Source of the DNA: Macrostomum hystrix
Taxonomy: Eukaryota; Animalia; Platyhelminthes
DNA: 64,000 bases
Reading direction: 5' to 3'
Assembly: GCA_950097015.1 (NCBI GenBank)
Contig: CATNEN010000011.1
Location: 3,100,001 to 3,164,000, forward strand
The position numbers and the translations under genes were made by a program. A model generated the notes under the pieces. That model ran no database searches and was not told where the DNA came from. It saw only the letters and a program-made list of their open reading frames with translations. Below, piece by piece: positions 35,585 through 45,980 of the stretch (position 1 is its first letter; every line of letters begins with the position of its first letter).

Positions 35585-38500
35585 ATGAATTTCACTAGCT
35601 CAGTGACCCTGGAAGACATCAAGAAGGTCATTGTATCTGGTCAGGTTGATGTTGCTGAGTTTTCCGCTGGGATTCCTACTTGGCGTAATGCGAATGGCAT
35701 ACTTCAGAGACTTGCTGATTTACTTGGTCTTGATGGCACTAACGAATCAAGTCGCAGATGGCTCTATGACAAATTCAGAAGAAGCAATATCATCGCTGAA
35801 GTTCAGGCTGTCATCACCGGATATTCTTTGAGTGAGATACCGAGCAATACAGCGTAAGTATTGCTTTTTTGATGCGCTCTTACTTTGGCTTTTCTTATAC
35901 ATAGTCATCTATAATTTCGCCTTCTTCGTTTTGATTTCAGGTCTTCCAGCAGTACAACAGCTGAAACGCAATTACACCAAAGCTTCGTTGACATTGACCA
36001 CGTTTTCGATGGTAGTGGCAATCTGAAAAAGAGCTGGCACGACTATGTTCTTCTGTCGTTCTCTTCATCACTTAAGTGCACCCTGTGTATGCGCAGGCAT
36101 AAGCACAATGCAGGCTACATATCTGCAGATGTTTACTGCAATGTTGATGGTTGCACTGGCCTATTCCGTTTGAAAGTGCTCCACTCTGGAAACAGGTTGC
36201 TCTGTTCGCTTGAAGTCAAAACGAATCCTACTAAGCATGCTACCAAGGCACGTCCTCTATGTGGGGAGCGACGTATTGAATTGGCCAAAAGAGTTTGCTC
36301 TTCAAGTGCCACGCGGGTAAGGGCAGAAATCGCAGCAGATGAGGACACTCGGTTGTTGCCATCTCCTAATGTACTACGAATTGCTGCGAGTAGGCAACGA
36401 CATCAGGACCGGCAGTCGTCTGATACTCTGCTGGATCTTATTATTCAAGGACAGAGCATGCAACCTGCTTACGCAAGGAATGTCTGTGTGCAATTTGGCG
36501 CATCGGAACCCCAATTCGTGCCTCTTTGGTTGAACAGTGCTTTTGAAGTGTTGCGTTCGATGCAAGCGAACAGTAAGCCAATCGTACTGGGCATGGATTC
36601 AACCGGAGCGCCTATTTCAAAACCCAAAGACAGTCAGCAGAAGGATGTTTACTACCACGCTGTGGTACTGCGTCATCCTCAAACTGGAGCGCAACCCGTT
36701 GCCGTTATGGAACTTTTATCGTCTTCGCAGACGGGAACAACTTTAAAGTTTGTATTTGACTCCTGGATCACGGCAGCAAGATTATCAGTAAAAAATCTTC
36801 GCGTGGCTCAGGTCACCCTCGATTTTAATTTGCCTACTTTGCGGGCTCTCCTTATGGGCATTCACGGGATGGAAATCATTCCTTTTCTGCGGCACTGCTA
36901 TGCCGTTCTATCGTTTAAATTAAGCTATCAAGAACTGCAGAAATTTACGTTGATCGGCTTCGGCCGGAGCCATATCATGCGCGAGTTTTGTGATTGGCCT
37001 GATGTGGCGAATTGCAGGAATCCGGAAGCCAGGAATGGTTGGAAGCATTTCTTCGGTGCCTTGCTACGATGCACCAGCTTGCACCAGGTACAGCAAGTGT
37101 ACAAAAGCTTTCTACGGCTTCTGCTTTGCCCATCCCGGAGGAGTGTCGACTCGTCACTCGCTCTTCTGCACGCAGCCGCTGCAGATCAACTTGAAGACGG
37201 AGTTTTCGTTCCACCCGAAAGTTTCATGTACGTAATGCCGGATACGACATTGAAGAGAGCTTCGCCATTCTTCCATCTAGCGGATGCATTGCACAATGAG
37301 GTGAAAGCTAGTGCCGAAGCACAAGTTGTTCAAAGTGAGAGTGAACTGACACCAGATCCGAATCCGTACTACTGCCCCAGTCTCGCTGGTAAACTTACCA
37401 ATGTTGTGATGCCATACCTGCCACTTTGGTGCGGTATCATGCTGGATCCCGTGAGATATGCTGCGTCCAATAGCGGTGCATTCAAAAGTGTTTCTCGTGA
37501 CGCTGAGGGATTCACGGAAGGCCACACGGAGCTCTGGATGAATATCGTTAAAAACCTGCTTCACGGGGGTCGGGACAGCTCCATGAGGAACTTCTTGGCT
37601 AACCAAAGTCGGTTCCTGCAGGGGTTGCATCGGATCTTTATGGAACTTCCAGAGACTTCCAGTCACACCGCCGACGAGCAGTCAGAGAACTCCAGTTCCA
37701 GTCACCCTGAGCAGCCAGAGACTTCTAGTCACACCGACGAGCAGTCAGAGAACTCCAGTTCCAGTCACCCTGAGCAGCCAGAGACTTCTAGTCACACCGA
37801 CGAGCAGTCAGAGAATCCCAGTTCCAGTCACCCCGATCAGCCTGAAATCGATGGCGATGCTCGTATTTCTAACTTACAGGGCTCCTGTTCTTTCAGGAAC
37901 CCTTTCACATCAATGCTAAATGACCACGAAGCGACTGAAGAAACTTCGCTGAGCTCCGAGGTAGTTAATAAAAAACGAAGGGTCACTTCAGGACGCTACA
38001 CTGCAGCTACGACGCGTGTTCTCCTTCGAGACCTAACAAATCATGCACAGGAACAATTTACTCTTCTAAAAAATGGTGGCCGCTCGACCAGTGTACCTTT
38101 TAATGGGAAACTCGTAACAGTAATGCTGCACAACACTTGTACTGTTGATGGGTTCCTCACTGGTATTGCATTTGCATATAGAGATCGCGAGACATTCCGT
38201 GAAGCCATTTTGGCGTCTCGACTTCAAGATCTTCATCGGCTAGGCCGGTACTGCAGAGAAGCTACCGCTAGCCGCACCGATCAAGAAGCCATGCATGCCC
38301 GTGCTACACTGATAGTACAAACAGAGTCATTCTGGCGCAAAGGCTTTCTGCGTTGGCGGCGAAACGGTAGCAGCATCGTTGACGGAAATCTCGAAAGCAG
38401 CGAACTGGACATAGTTCTGGAGTTACTTGGAAATAGCCATTTATTCCTGATAAGAAGCATCTGCCGCAACGATGCCTGCCGCCATCGACAACTGGAATCA

Positions 38501-39300
38501 TTTTTTTCTGGGCTTGTAATCCAACACGAGGAAGGGCCAATCGAGTCACCCTACAGCTTTATCTGCACTGTTTTCCGTGAGTCTGGCGTTCGGGAATGCT
38601 GCCACTGCAACAGTTTGCGAGATGTATTGCCACCGACGTACTCCTCAGAATTGCCTCCGCTGCTTGTTGTTGCTGTACCCGACTCTGTCGATAGAACTGT
38701 TCGAGTCTCATTGGGAGAACGAGAGGTAACTCCCTTTCGAAACAGCCCTGCTCGGTGAGTTCTTGCACTCTATATATGTACTCTACTATCGTCTGATTAC
38801 TTGTGTCACCTAGCTAATGCAGGGCTGCTGTGCTGGACCCGAAAAAGGAAGTGTCAAGTACTTGTAGTTTTTATATACACTGTCGATAAATATTATTTTA
38901 CTTATTGGTAAAAAATATCAAGGGTACCTGTAAGGCCGTAGTCCCTAAAGCGTTGAGTAGTCCGAGTAAAGCTACGAGTACAATTTTTATGCTGTCAGAC
39001 GGAGAACACATTTGCGGTTCTAGATATTGACTTTACTAGAAATAGACACAAATTTTTGTTCAATAAGTAACTTGTTTATTAAATTAAATGTATCATTATG
39101 TTACGTAAAACTAAATTTTTTATAGATACAGACTGTTCTGCTCGACATACTTTCAAGCAGAGCGTGCGCACTGGGTAGCAACTATACATTCTGACGATGG
39201 TAGCGTCCTAAACTATGACGACCTCGGGACTACCAGTGGTGCGCTGCGACGGCAACGAAATGTAGGTCGCCTAAACCTGGCGATGTACGCTTTGTTTTAA
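35585..39300 (+). CDS. NOF-like (MULE superfamily) DDE transposase with C-terminal USP/C19-like protease fold, ~1085 aa
   Basis: join(35585-35853, 35941-38754, 39126-39300), both introns phase 2 GT-AG, open throughout. Transposase motifs GMDSTG, PVAVMELL, TLDF, SH, YLPLW, TELW..VK. C-terminal HNTCTVD, CxxxxC/CCHC, LPPLLVV, YRL, AHWVA, YDD. Confidence 0.8.
37639..37840 (+). repeat. ~63-bp in-frame tandem repeat (PETSSHTDEQSENSSSSHPEQ x3) in the transposase linker
   Basis: Visible in both DNA and translation. Confidence 0.9.
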
Positions 39301-40318
39301 ATATGTTCGCTAGTGCTTGGATAAGCTACGGGTTTTCGCTTTACCAGTGCCTACTCATGTCTGATGTCATACCATGCACCCACATGAAGGCGTCTTCCCG
39401 CCGCACCCTGCTTAAATGGCAAAATGTCTGTCTCTGCGCCTTTTCTTATTCTTTTCGTCACATCACTGCTTTTACTTTCTTTTCTATATAAATGACCCAG
39501 ATATGTATCATAATTTTTGCGGCTACTAATCCTACTAATCCAGTTATCGTTTTGTTAAGTAGTTTGTCGTTGCCACTAGATCATCGGTTCCTACAATATT
39601 TTTAATATCTCTTATAAACAGGATTGATTAGTCAGGGTGCACACGAAACATTCTGCACATTAATCGATTAACCTTTTAACTGACTATGAATCCGTTGGCA
39701 TGACTTCTTAGGATAGGAAGGCTTTATTGTGCTTGATAGCGCCTGATTTTACTATCTTTTTTATTAAATAGCAATGTAGTACGCTCGTGCGCCTTGTATG
39801 TATTGTTTTACCTTGTATGCCCAAGGTGTTGATCATTATTGAACTTACCATCGGGCCTCAAATGCATAAGGCAAGTTCATAAGATAAATTCAAGTTCCGG
39901 TTCTGAATATTTTCCAATCAGATTTTGACGGTCCGACTCGTTTATTCGTTTTGTCAGTAGTCATAAACATAATATACGAGTACTATAGAATAGAATAGAA
40001 TATAATAATGGAGAGCTCACACGGTTAAACATTTCACCTTACGATCAAGTCGTCAAACATTGTACGCTCGTATATCAAAACACATCAAAGCGAAAGCTAA
40101 ATAAAAAAGTGTAGTACTATTGGTATCAGGGGTCCGCTATCTCCTGCGTAAGATCGTATGGCAACTCGTACGCATAAACATGAAGCATAAGGAGTACATC
40201 CCTTAATTGACATTGAGCTATTGAGTTAAATTCACAAGTTTCGATTGCACAAAAGCGCATTCATATGGTTCGCAAAAATCATCAAATTATTCTCGTCCCT
40301 GCAATTAGCAACATAAGT

Positions 40319-41749
40319 TTAGTTGATGAACTTTTGTCTTGGGCGCAAAGGCCTACTTGTGCGACTTATTTTGGCTGACGTATTTCCGTCTTTCTTGTCT
40401 GCGTTCACAAATTTTGCCGATCGCTTTCTCGATAAAGATAATTGCTCTCGCTGCTTCTGCTCTTGCTGCTTCTCCAGTTCTCGCTGCTTCTCCAGTTCTC
40501 GATGCTTCTCCTGCTCTTGCTGCTTCTCCAGTTCTCGCTGCTTCTCCAGTTCTCGATGCTTCTCCAGTTCTCGCTGCTTCTCCAGTTCTCGATGCTTCTC
40601 CTGCTCTTGCTGCTTCTCCAGTTCTCGCTGCTTCTCCAGTTCTCGATGCTTCTCCAGTTCTCGCTGCTTCTCCAGTTCTCGATGCTTCTCCTGCTCTTGC
40701 TGCTTCTCCAGTTCTCGCTGCTTCTCCTGCTCTTGCTGCTTCTCCAGTTCTCGCTGCTTCTCCAGTTCTCGATGCTTCTCCAGTTCTCGCTGCTTCTCCA
40801 GTTCTCGATGCTTCTCCTGCTCTTGCTGCTTCTCCAGTTCTCGCTGCTTCTCCAGTTCTCGATGCTTCTCCAGTTCTCGCTGCTTCTCCAGTTCTCGATG
40901 CTTCTCCTGCTCTTGCTGCTTCTCCAGTTCTCGCTGCTTCTCCAGTTCTCGATGCTTCTCCAGTTCTCGCTGCTTCTCCAGTTCTCGATGCTTCTCCTGC
41001 TCTTGCTGCTTCTCCAGTTCTCGCTGCTTCTCCTGCTCTTGCTGCTTCTCCAGTTCTCGCTGCTTCTCCAGTTCTCGATGCTTCTCCAGTTCTTGCTGCT
41101 TCTCCTGCTCTTGCTGCTTCTCCAGTTCTCGATGCTTCTCTAGTTCTCGCTGCTTCTCCAGTCCTCGCTGCTTCTCCATTTCTCGCTGCTTTTCCACTTC
41201 TGACTCTCCCTGCTCAAATTCTGCTCCCCTCGCAGTAGACAATTGAGCAGAATCAATCACATTTTTTACCTGATGCACACACGCAACAGATATTTTAATT
41301 ATACTACGTATTTCATCAGGAGCTACGGATACAGCCAACTCCAGATGATCAAGTGCCTTTGTTACATGCTGCTTTGCAATCACAGCTGAAAGCTGCGAAC
41401 TCTCTTCTTCCAACTTCCAACCATTATGTTTCAACCACTCCTTTCCGGCAGCAGCCGCTTTCGCTCGCTTGGAATGGTCTTGGTGACAATTCGATGATTT
41501 TTTTCTATGTCGAAAAATTGCTACACCATCACGGTAGGCCAGAGCTAAACCATTTTCCGAAATATAATTGACATTCGTTCCATGAGCCCTTCGAAGTAGA
41601 GAACCGGACAGTGGAATGTTTAGGATCTGAGCAGCTACACGAACACAAGTCGCTGTTAGTCTGATGCCGACGACCACTTCCCTGTCGGGAAAGGGTAAGG
41701 GCAGTTCTCCTTTTGGCTCAAAGACCGAAAAAGGATCGTTAATGAAAGC
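40319..41749 (-). CDS. Second element gene: unknown N-terminal domain, ~41 x 6-aa E/K/R/Q-rich repeat, basic C-terminal tail (start or upstream exon not resolved)
   Basis: 452-aa open frame extends in frame to a tttcag acceptor at 41750; 18-bp repeats encode ELEKQR/ELEKHR/EQEKQQ; tail RKRS..RPLRPRQK. Confidence 0.65.
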   Translation of the reverse strand, partial: AFINDPFSVFEPKGELPLPFPDREVVVGIRLTATCVRVAAQILNIPLSGSLLRRAHGTNVNYISENGLALAYRDGVAIFRHRKKSSNCHQDHSKRAKAAAAGKEWLKHNGWKLEEESSQLSAVIAKQHVTKALDHLELAVSVAPDEIRSIIKISVACVHQVKNVIDSAQLSTARGAEFEQGESEVEKQREMEKQRGLEKQRELEKHRELEKQQEQEKQQELEKHRELEKQRELEKQQEQEKQRELEKQQEQEKHRELEKQRELEKHRELEKQRELEKQQEQEKHRELEKQRELEKHRELEKQRELEKQQEQEKHRELEKQRELEKHRELEKQRELEKQQEQEKQRELEKQQEQEKHRELEKQRELEKHRELEKQRELEKQQEQEKHRELEKQRELEKHRELEKQRELEKQQEQEKHRELEKQRELEKQQEQKQREQLSLSRKRSAKFVNADKKDGNTSAKISRTSRPLRPRQKFIN

Positions 41750-41975
41750 CTGAAATAAATTATATAACTTTTATTACATGCAAAAACATGCATCCATAAC
41801 ATCGAAAATAACTTCAAAGCGTTGACAGAAATATAGTGACATAAAAGACAAGTGTACACTCTTATTTACTTTACTTTTTCTTACTTAAACAAACTCTACT
41901 AAGCAAATACTGGACTTGGTTAAGTGAATCCTAGCATTGAAGATAAGAAAAAACAGGAAAACCATGAATTATTAC

Positions 41976-42606
41976 GCAGATATGAAAGGACATGAGTGGA
42001 AGTAGCAGATATTAAGAAGAAACTTGAAAAACATGAATTATCATGTTTATATGATATACATTACTCAGATATGAAAGGACATGAGTGGAACTAGCAGATA
42101 TTGAGAAGAAACTTGAAAAACATGAATTATCATGTTTATATGATATACATTACTCAGATATGAAAGGACATGAGTGGAAGTAGCAGATATTAAGAAGAAA
42201 CTTGAAAAACATGAATTTTCATGTTTATATGATATACATTACTCAGATGTGAAAGGACATGAGTGAAAGTAGCAGATATTGAGAAGAAACTTGAAAAACA
42301 TGAATTATCATGTTTATATGATATACATTACTCAGATATGAAAGGACATGAGTGGAACTAGCAGATATTAAGAAGAAACTTGAAAAACATGAATTATCAT
42401 GTTTATATGATATACATTACTCAGATATGAAAGGACATGAGTGGAACTAGCAGATATTGACAAGAAACTTGAAAAACATGAATTATCATGTTTATATGAT
42501 ATACATTACTCAGATATGAAAGGACATGAGTGGAAGTAGCAGATATTGAGAAGAAACTTGAAAAACATGAATTATCATGTTTATATGATATACATTACTG
42601 AGATAT
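41976..42606 (-). repeat. 89-bp tandem array, ~7 copies, inverted relative to the left array
   Basis: Unit starts 42062, 42151 ... 42596. Confidence 0.95.
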
Positions 42607-44295
42607 AAAACTTAAAAGGCACGAGTGAAACTAACATGGAAGCACTTGATGTTGAGTGTATATTATACACAGAGACAGATTTTGTGAATATGAGTTATCT
42701 ATCAAATATAATTTGGAGATTGATACAATTATTTTTGTTATTGATTTAAAGAATATATTACATTCCAGACCTGTAACTCAAACAAGTGTATTAAAAATGT
42801 GCCATAGCAATATGTATATTAATTAAAAAAAGACTAAAAGTTTTGCCTATTGAACTTATTTTTTCCAAGTTAGTTAGCTAGGAATGAGTAAAAGAGAAGC
42901 GTTCTAACTATATCGAAGCTAATGGTAATACTTAGCTTGTAAGGCATCAAGGCCTAACTTGTAAATAGAATAGAAATAGAAAATAGAAAATAGATTGTAA
43001 ATAGCTACTAGACTTTTGTATTTTTTAATATCAATAGCTAGTCTAGCTATTAGGCCTAGTATTATTATTACTTTGTTAATTGTTTAGAAAAGTGACAATA
43101 AAGTTGGATTTAATATAAAGCTCCTCTAGTTGCATGCATCATATCCTGAATAAATTCGAGTCATATGTCCTGACATAATTCATAAGAAGGTGCATATGTA
43201 GAATTCTGTATATATAGCCATGCCCATAGCTAGCTATTATTGTTTGAAATATTATTATTACTGAGTGTTAATATACATAGGCATAGATATAGATTATATA
43301 ATATATTGAGTGATTTGATTACAATCTTAAAGTGACAATTGTCATGCCAGTTTTTAATATTTCTAAAGGACACATACAATTACATATCTATCAACATGGG
43401 CATTGTCACATTGATAGTAATTTATGAATTGGTCCATTAGTCTATTAGTATTGGTCCATGACCTGCATGAGTGATATAAATTATGCATGAGTGATATAAA
43501 TTATATATTTGTAACAAGACTAAGACTAAGAGCTCTTAATTTTTGCTGCCAATTAAACAGTCTGTGGGGCAGTTACATTCTGATAAGTTTAAAAACTTGT
43601 CGGTGAAAACTGGTATTAAAACCTGAAAACTAGAAACTAGGAAAACTAAAATTAAAACGTGACATATAGCCATATAGGTCTGCATCAGATCGAGCACGTT
43701 GCTCAAGCTTTGCAACAAGTTAGAATTTATTTTTTACGATTGCAAAGTCGTAATCTCAACTGTAAGTCGTAATGACTGGTGTCTGAGTGACAATCAAGTT
43801 ATTTCACTTCGCCACTCATTTGGAAATTGTGGGGCATGTACAGAAATTTACATATACAGTAAAATTTTGACCCTGCTTCTTTTTACCGCATTGGGGCATT
43901 AGCCGTTAGTCAAGAAAATGGTTGGGGCACGCTTTTACCTATTGGAATGCTGAATTTCAAACTAAAGGTCACACTTCTCTAATAAATAAAAGCCAATCAA
44001 CCAAAGTTTATTGTGCATATTAAAGTTAAGACTTCATTCAAATTTTTTTCCATTTGGGGCACAATTTTACTGCGCCAATACAGAGCGATATTCTCTAGCC
44101 CCCTTCCAGCCGCCCTTCAGCCGCCCTAAAGCCAACTTTCACTGTCAGATTTTCATAGAAACAGCATCGACCATGCGAAACATGTTTTGGGGCAATAAAT
44201 TAAGAGCATGTGTGATTTATTTTTATTAAAATTACATCTGGGGCACTTATTTAAAATTTCGGTGCGGCTGGAAGGCGGCTACGGACATGTCAGTC
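41976..44295 (-). repeat. Right inverted arm of the foldback element
   Basis: Reverse complement of the left arm, with fewer array units. Confidence 0.92.
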
Positions 44296-45980
44296 TTCTA
44301 CTTTTGACACGGTGCAGATGCTGGACACAGTTGTTTTGTGATTCAAGAAGTCCAAATGCGTTTTTTAGAGTTTGGAGTTTACTGAAAAATATTTTGGCAC
44401 TGTCATCAAGTTTTTTTATCGACGAAAATATCTGCTACATGAGTTTTTTCGAAGCAAAAATCATGCGAAGGTGCGGTGCAGAAAGCGAATTTTCGTATTG
44501 GTATGGTAGGCAACGAATGATTAAATGTACACAAAGTGCTCGGACGATTTAAGGGTCAGTGGTGGTACAAGTCACAAAGTATTAATCGTCAAGTGACTAG
44601 AGCCACGTACTTAAGTCAATCAGGGAACAAATATTAATCGTCAAGTTGATTGCAGTCGACGCAGACACTTTTTTCCGTTGCAGATGCTGGCGACTCCAGC
44701 AGACATTGTGCATCCAGTAAAGGCACGAGGGGCATTCGATCTGGCCAAAATGGGAGGTTTGCAACCGAACCTACACGTGACGTACGTGTACTTTTGCAAG
44801 CACAACTTATGCAGAAAACTTACCCACTGAATTGCAGCTATCTTTCGACCAGGTGGCTCCTCTTTACCGCGCAGGCATGACATGTCGTCTTCTGATCTGC
44901 ACATTCGGAGAAGCTTTTGATCACCGTCTTCATTAATGCCCTCGCCACGGAAAGCTTTCGTTGAATATTAGATAGGACTGTATGTGAGTCTAGAAGAAGG
45001 TTTCTACCAAACAGAGAGACGAAGACGCCACAGGAGTCGGAGTCAGTTTGCTGCGTGCAAATGCGATGCTCCAGCTTGAAACACTTGTTTCTTGCACGAT
45101 GAATGAATAGCGCGACGCTGTTATCGACGTTGGACAGCGTCAGCAGCTCGCTAAAACACACAGTAAGAAGAATATTAATTGTGGATTTTCATTTTTAATG
45201 TACCATAATGTACGCATTACAAGTTTTCATACTTCTTTTTCTTCTAAAGTTTCTCTTTGTATACTTCGCTTTCCTTTTACCCCACTGCTCTTCAGCTCCT
45301 TCTGGGCTCATAAAGTCACTTTTTCTCTTACGCCGGCAGAAAAATGGACGAGACTTTGTTCGGCAAGCGATGCTGGCTTTATTTATTTTGTCGTGAATGA
45401 AAGCTGCATTGCTTTTGCAGAAGTCAGCTACAGAAAGAGTTAAGTTGTAAGTAGATTTAATTGTTTTTAACCAGCTTTCTACATGAGCGTTAGGAAAAGG
45501 TGATTTAAGATTCAAACTCTGCTGCAGGCTATGCCAGCCGATGGCTGCCAGCAGAGGAAGGTATGCCAATTAGTAGCGTGAAATCAGGAAGTCAACTAAA
45601 TCAGGACGGTTAAAGCTCATTGTCCTTTTCGCAGTTACATAGTTGGATAAGCAACGAACCTTTAATGTAGTTGAAGTACGCAAAAAATACAGATCGCCTG
45701 TACAGAGCATTGCTGGGCCTGTTATCAGAGCTATCTGAGCTATCAGACAAATCTGAGTCATCGGTGCCATCCTCTGGATCAGAGCCATCCATGGATTTTG
45801 ACGAATCAATGTCATCAGCGGAATCCACCAAATGTGTATAAAATTTTCTCTGCAAAGAAGCAGAGAAAGTGCACTTTAAATGAGAATATCTGAAAAAGTA
45901 CTTGACTAATTTGTGTGTCTGAGGTGTCATTGTATGACATGAGGTAGCAGGGACATGCGTCAAGATGTGTACAAAATTTC
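44296..45980 (-). pseudogene. Decayed NOF/MULE-like transposase C-terminal half with Ulp1 (C48)-like motif and possible PHD-like finger
   Basis: Fragmented frames give YLPLL..NAHVESWLKTIKS (compare YLPLW..GHTELWMNIVKN in the intact gene), QQTDSDSCGVFV at 45053-45018, then CHAC..C..C; several stops and frameshifts. Confidence 0.65.

Larger units (their letters stand above)
32676..44295. mobile_element. Foldback (FB-NOF/MULE-like) element, ~11.6 kb, with very long inverted arms and two convergent internal genes
   Basis: 32676-35487 is the reverse complement of 41976-44295 (mirrored identical ORFs in the track confirm this); a transposase-like gene lies inside. No direct TSD was found, so the termini are defined only by the end of inverted identity. 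Confidence 0.8.

Noticed and set aside
32660-44310. Direct target-site duplication around the foldback element
   Set aside because: The flanks (tgcttcttt versus ttctacttt) do not match, so the termini remain provisional.
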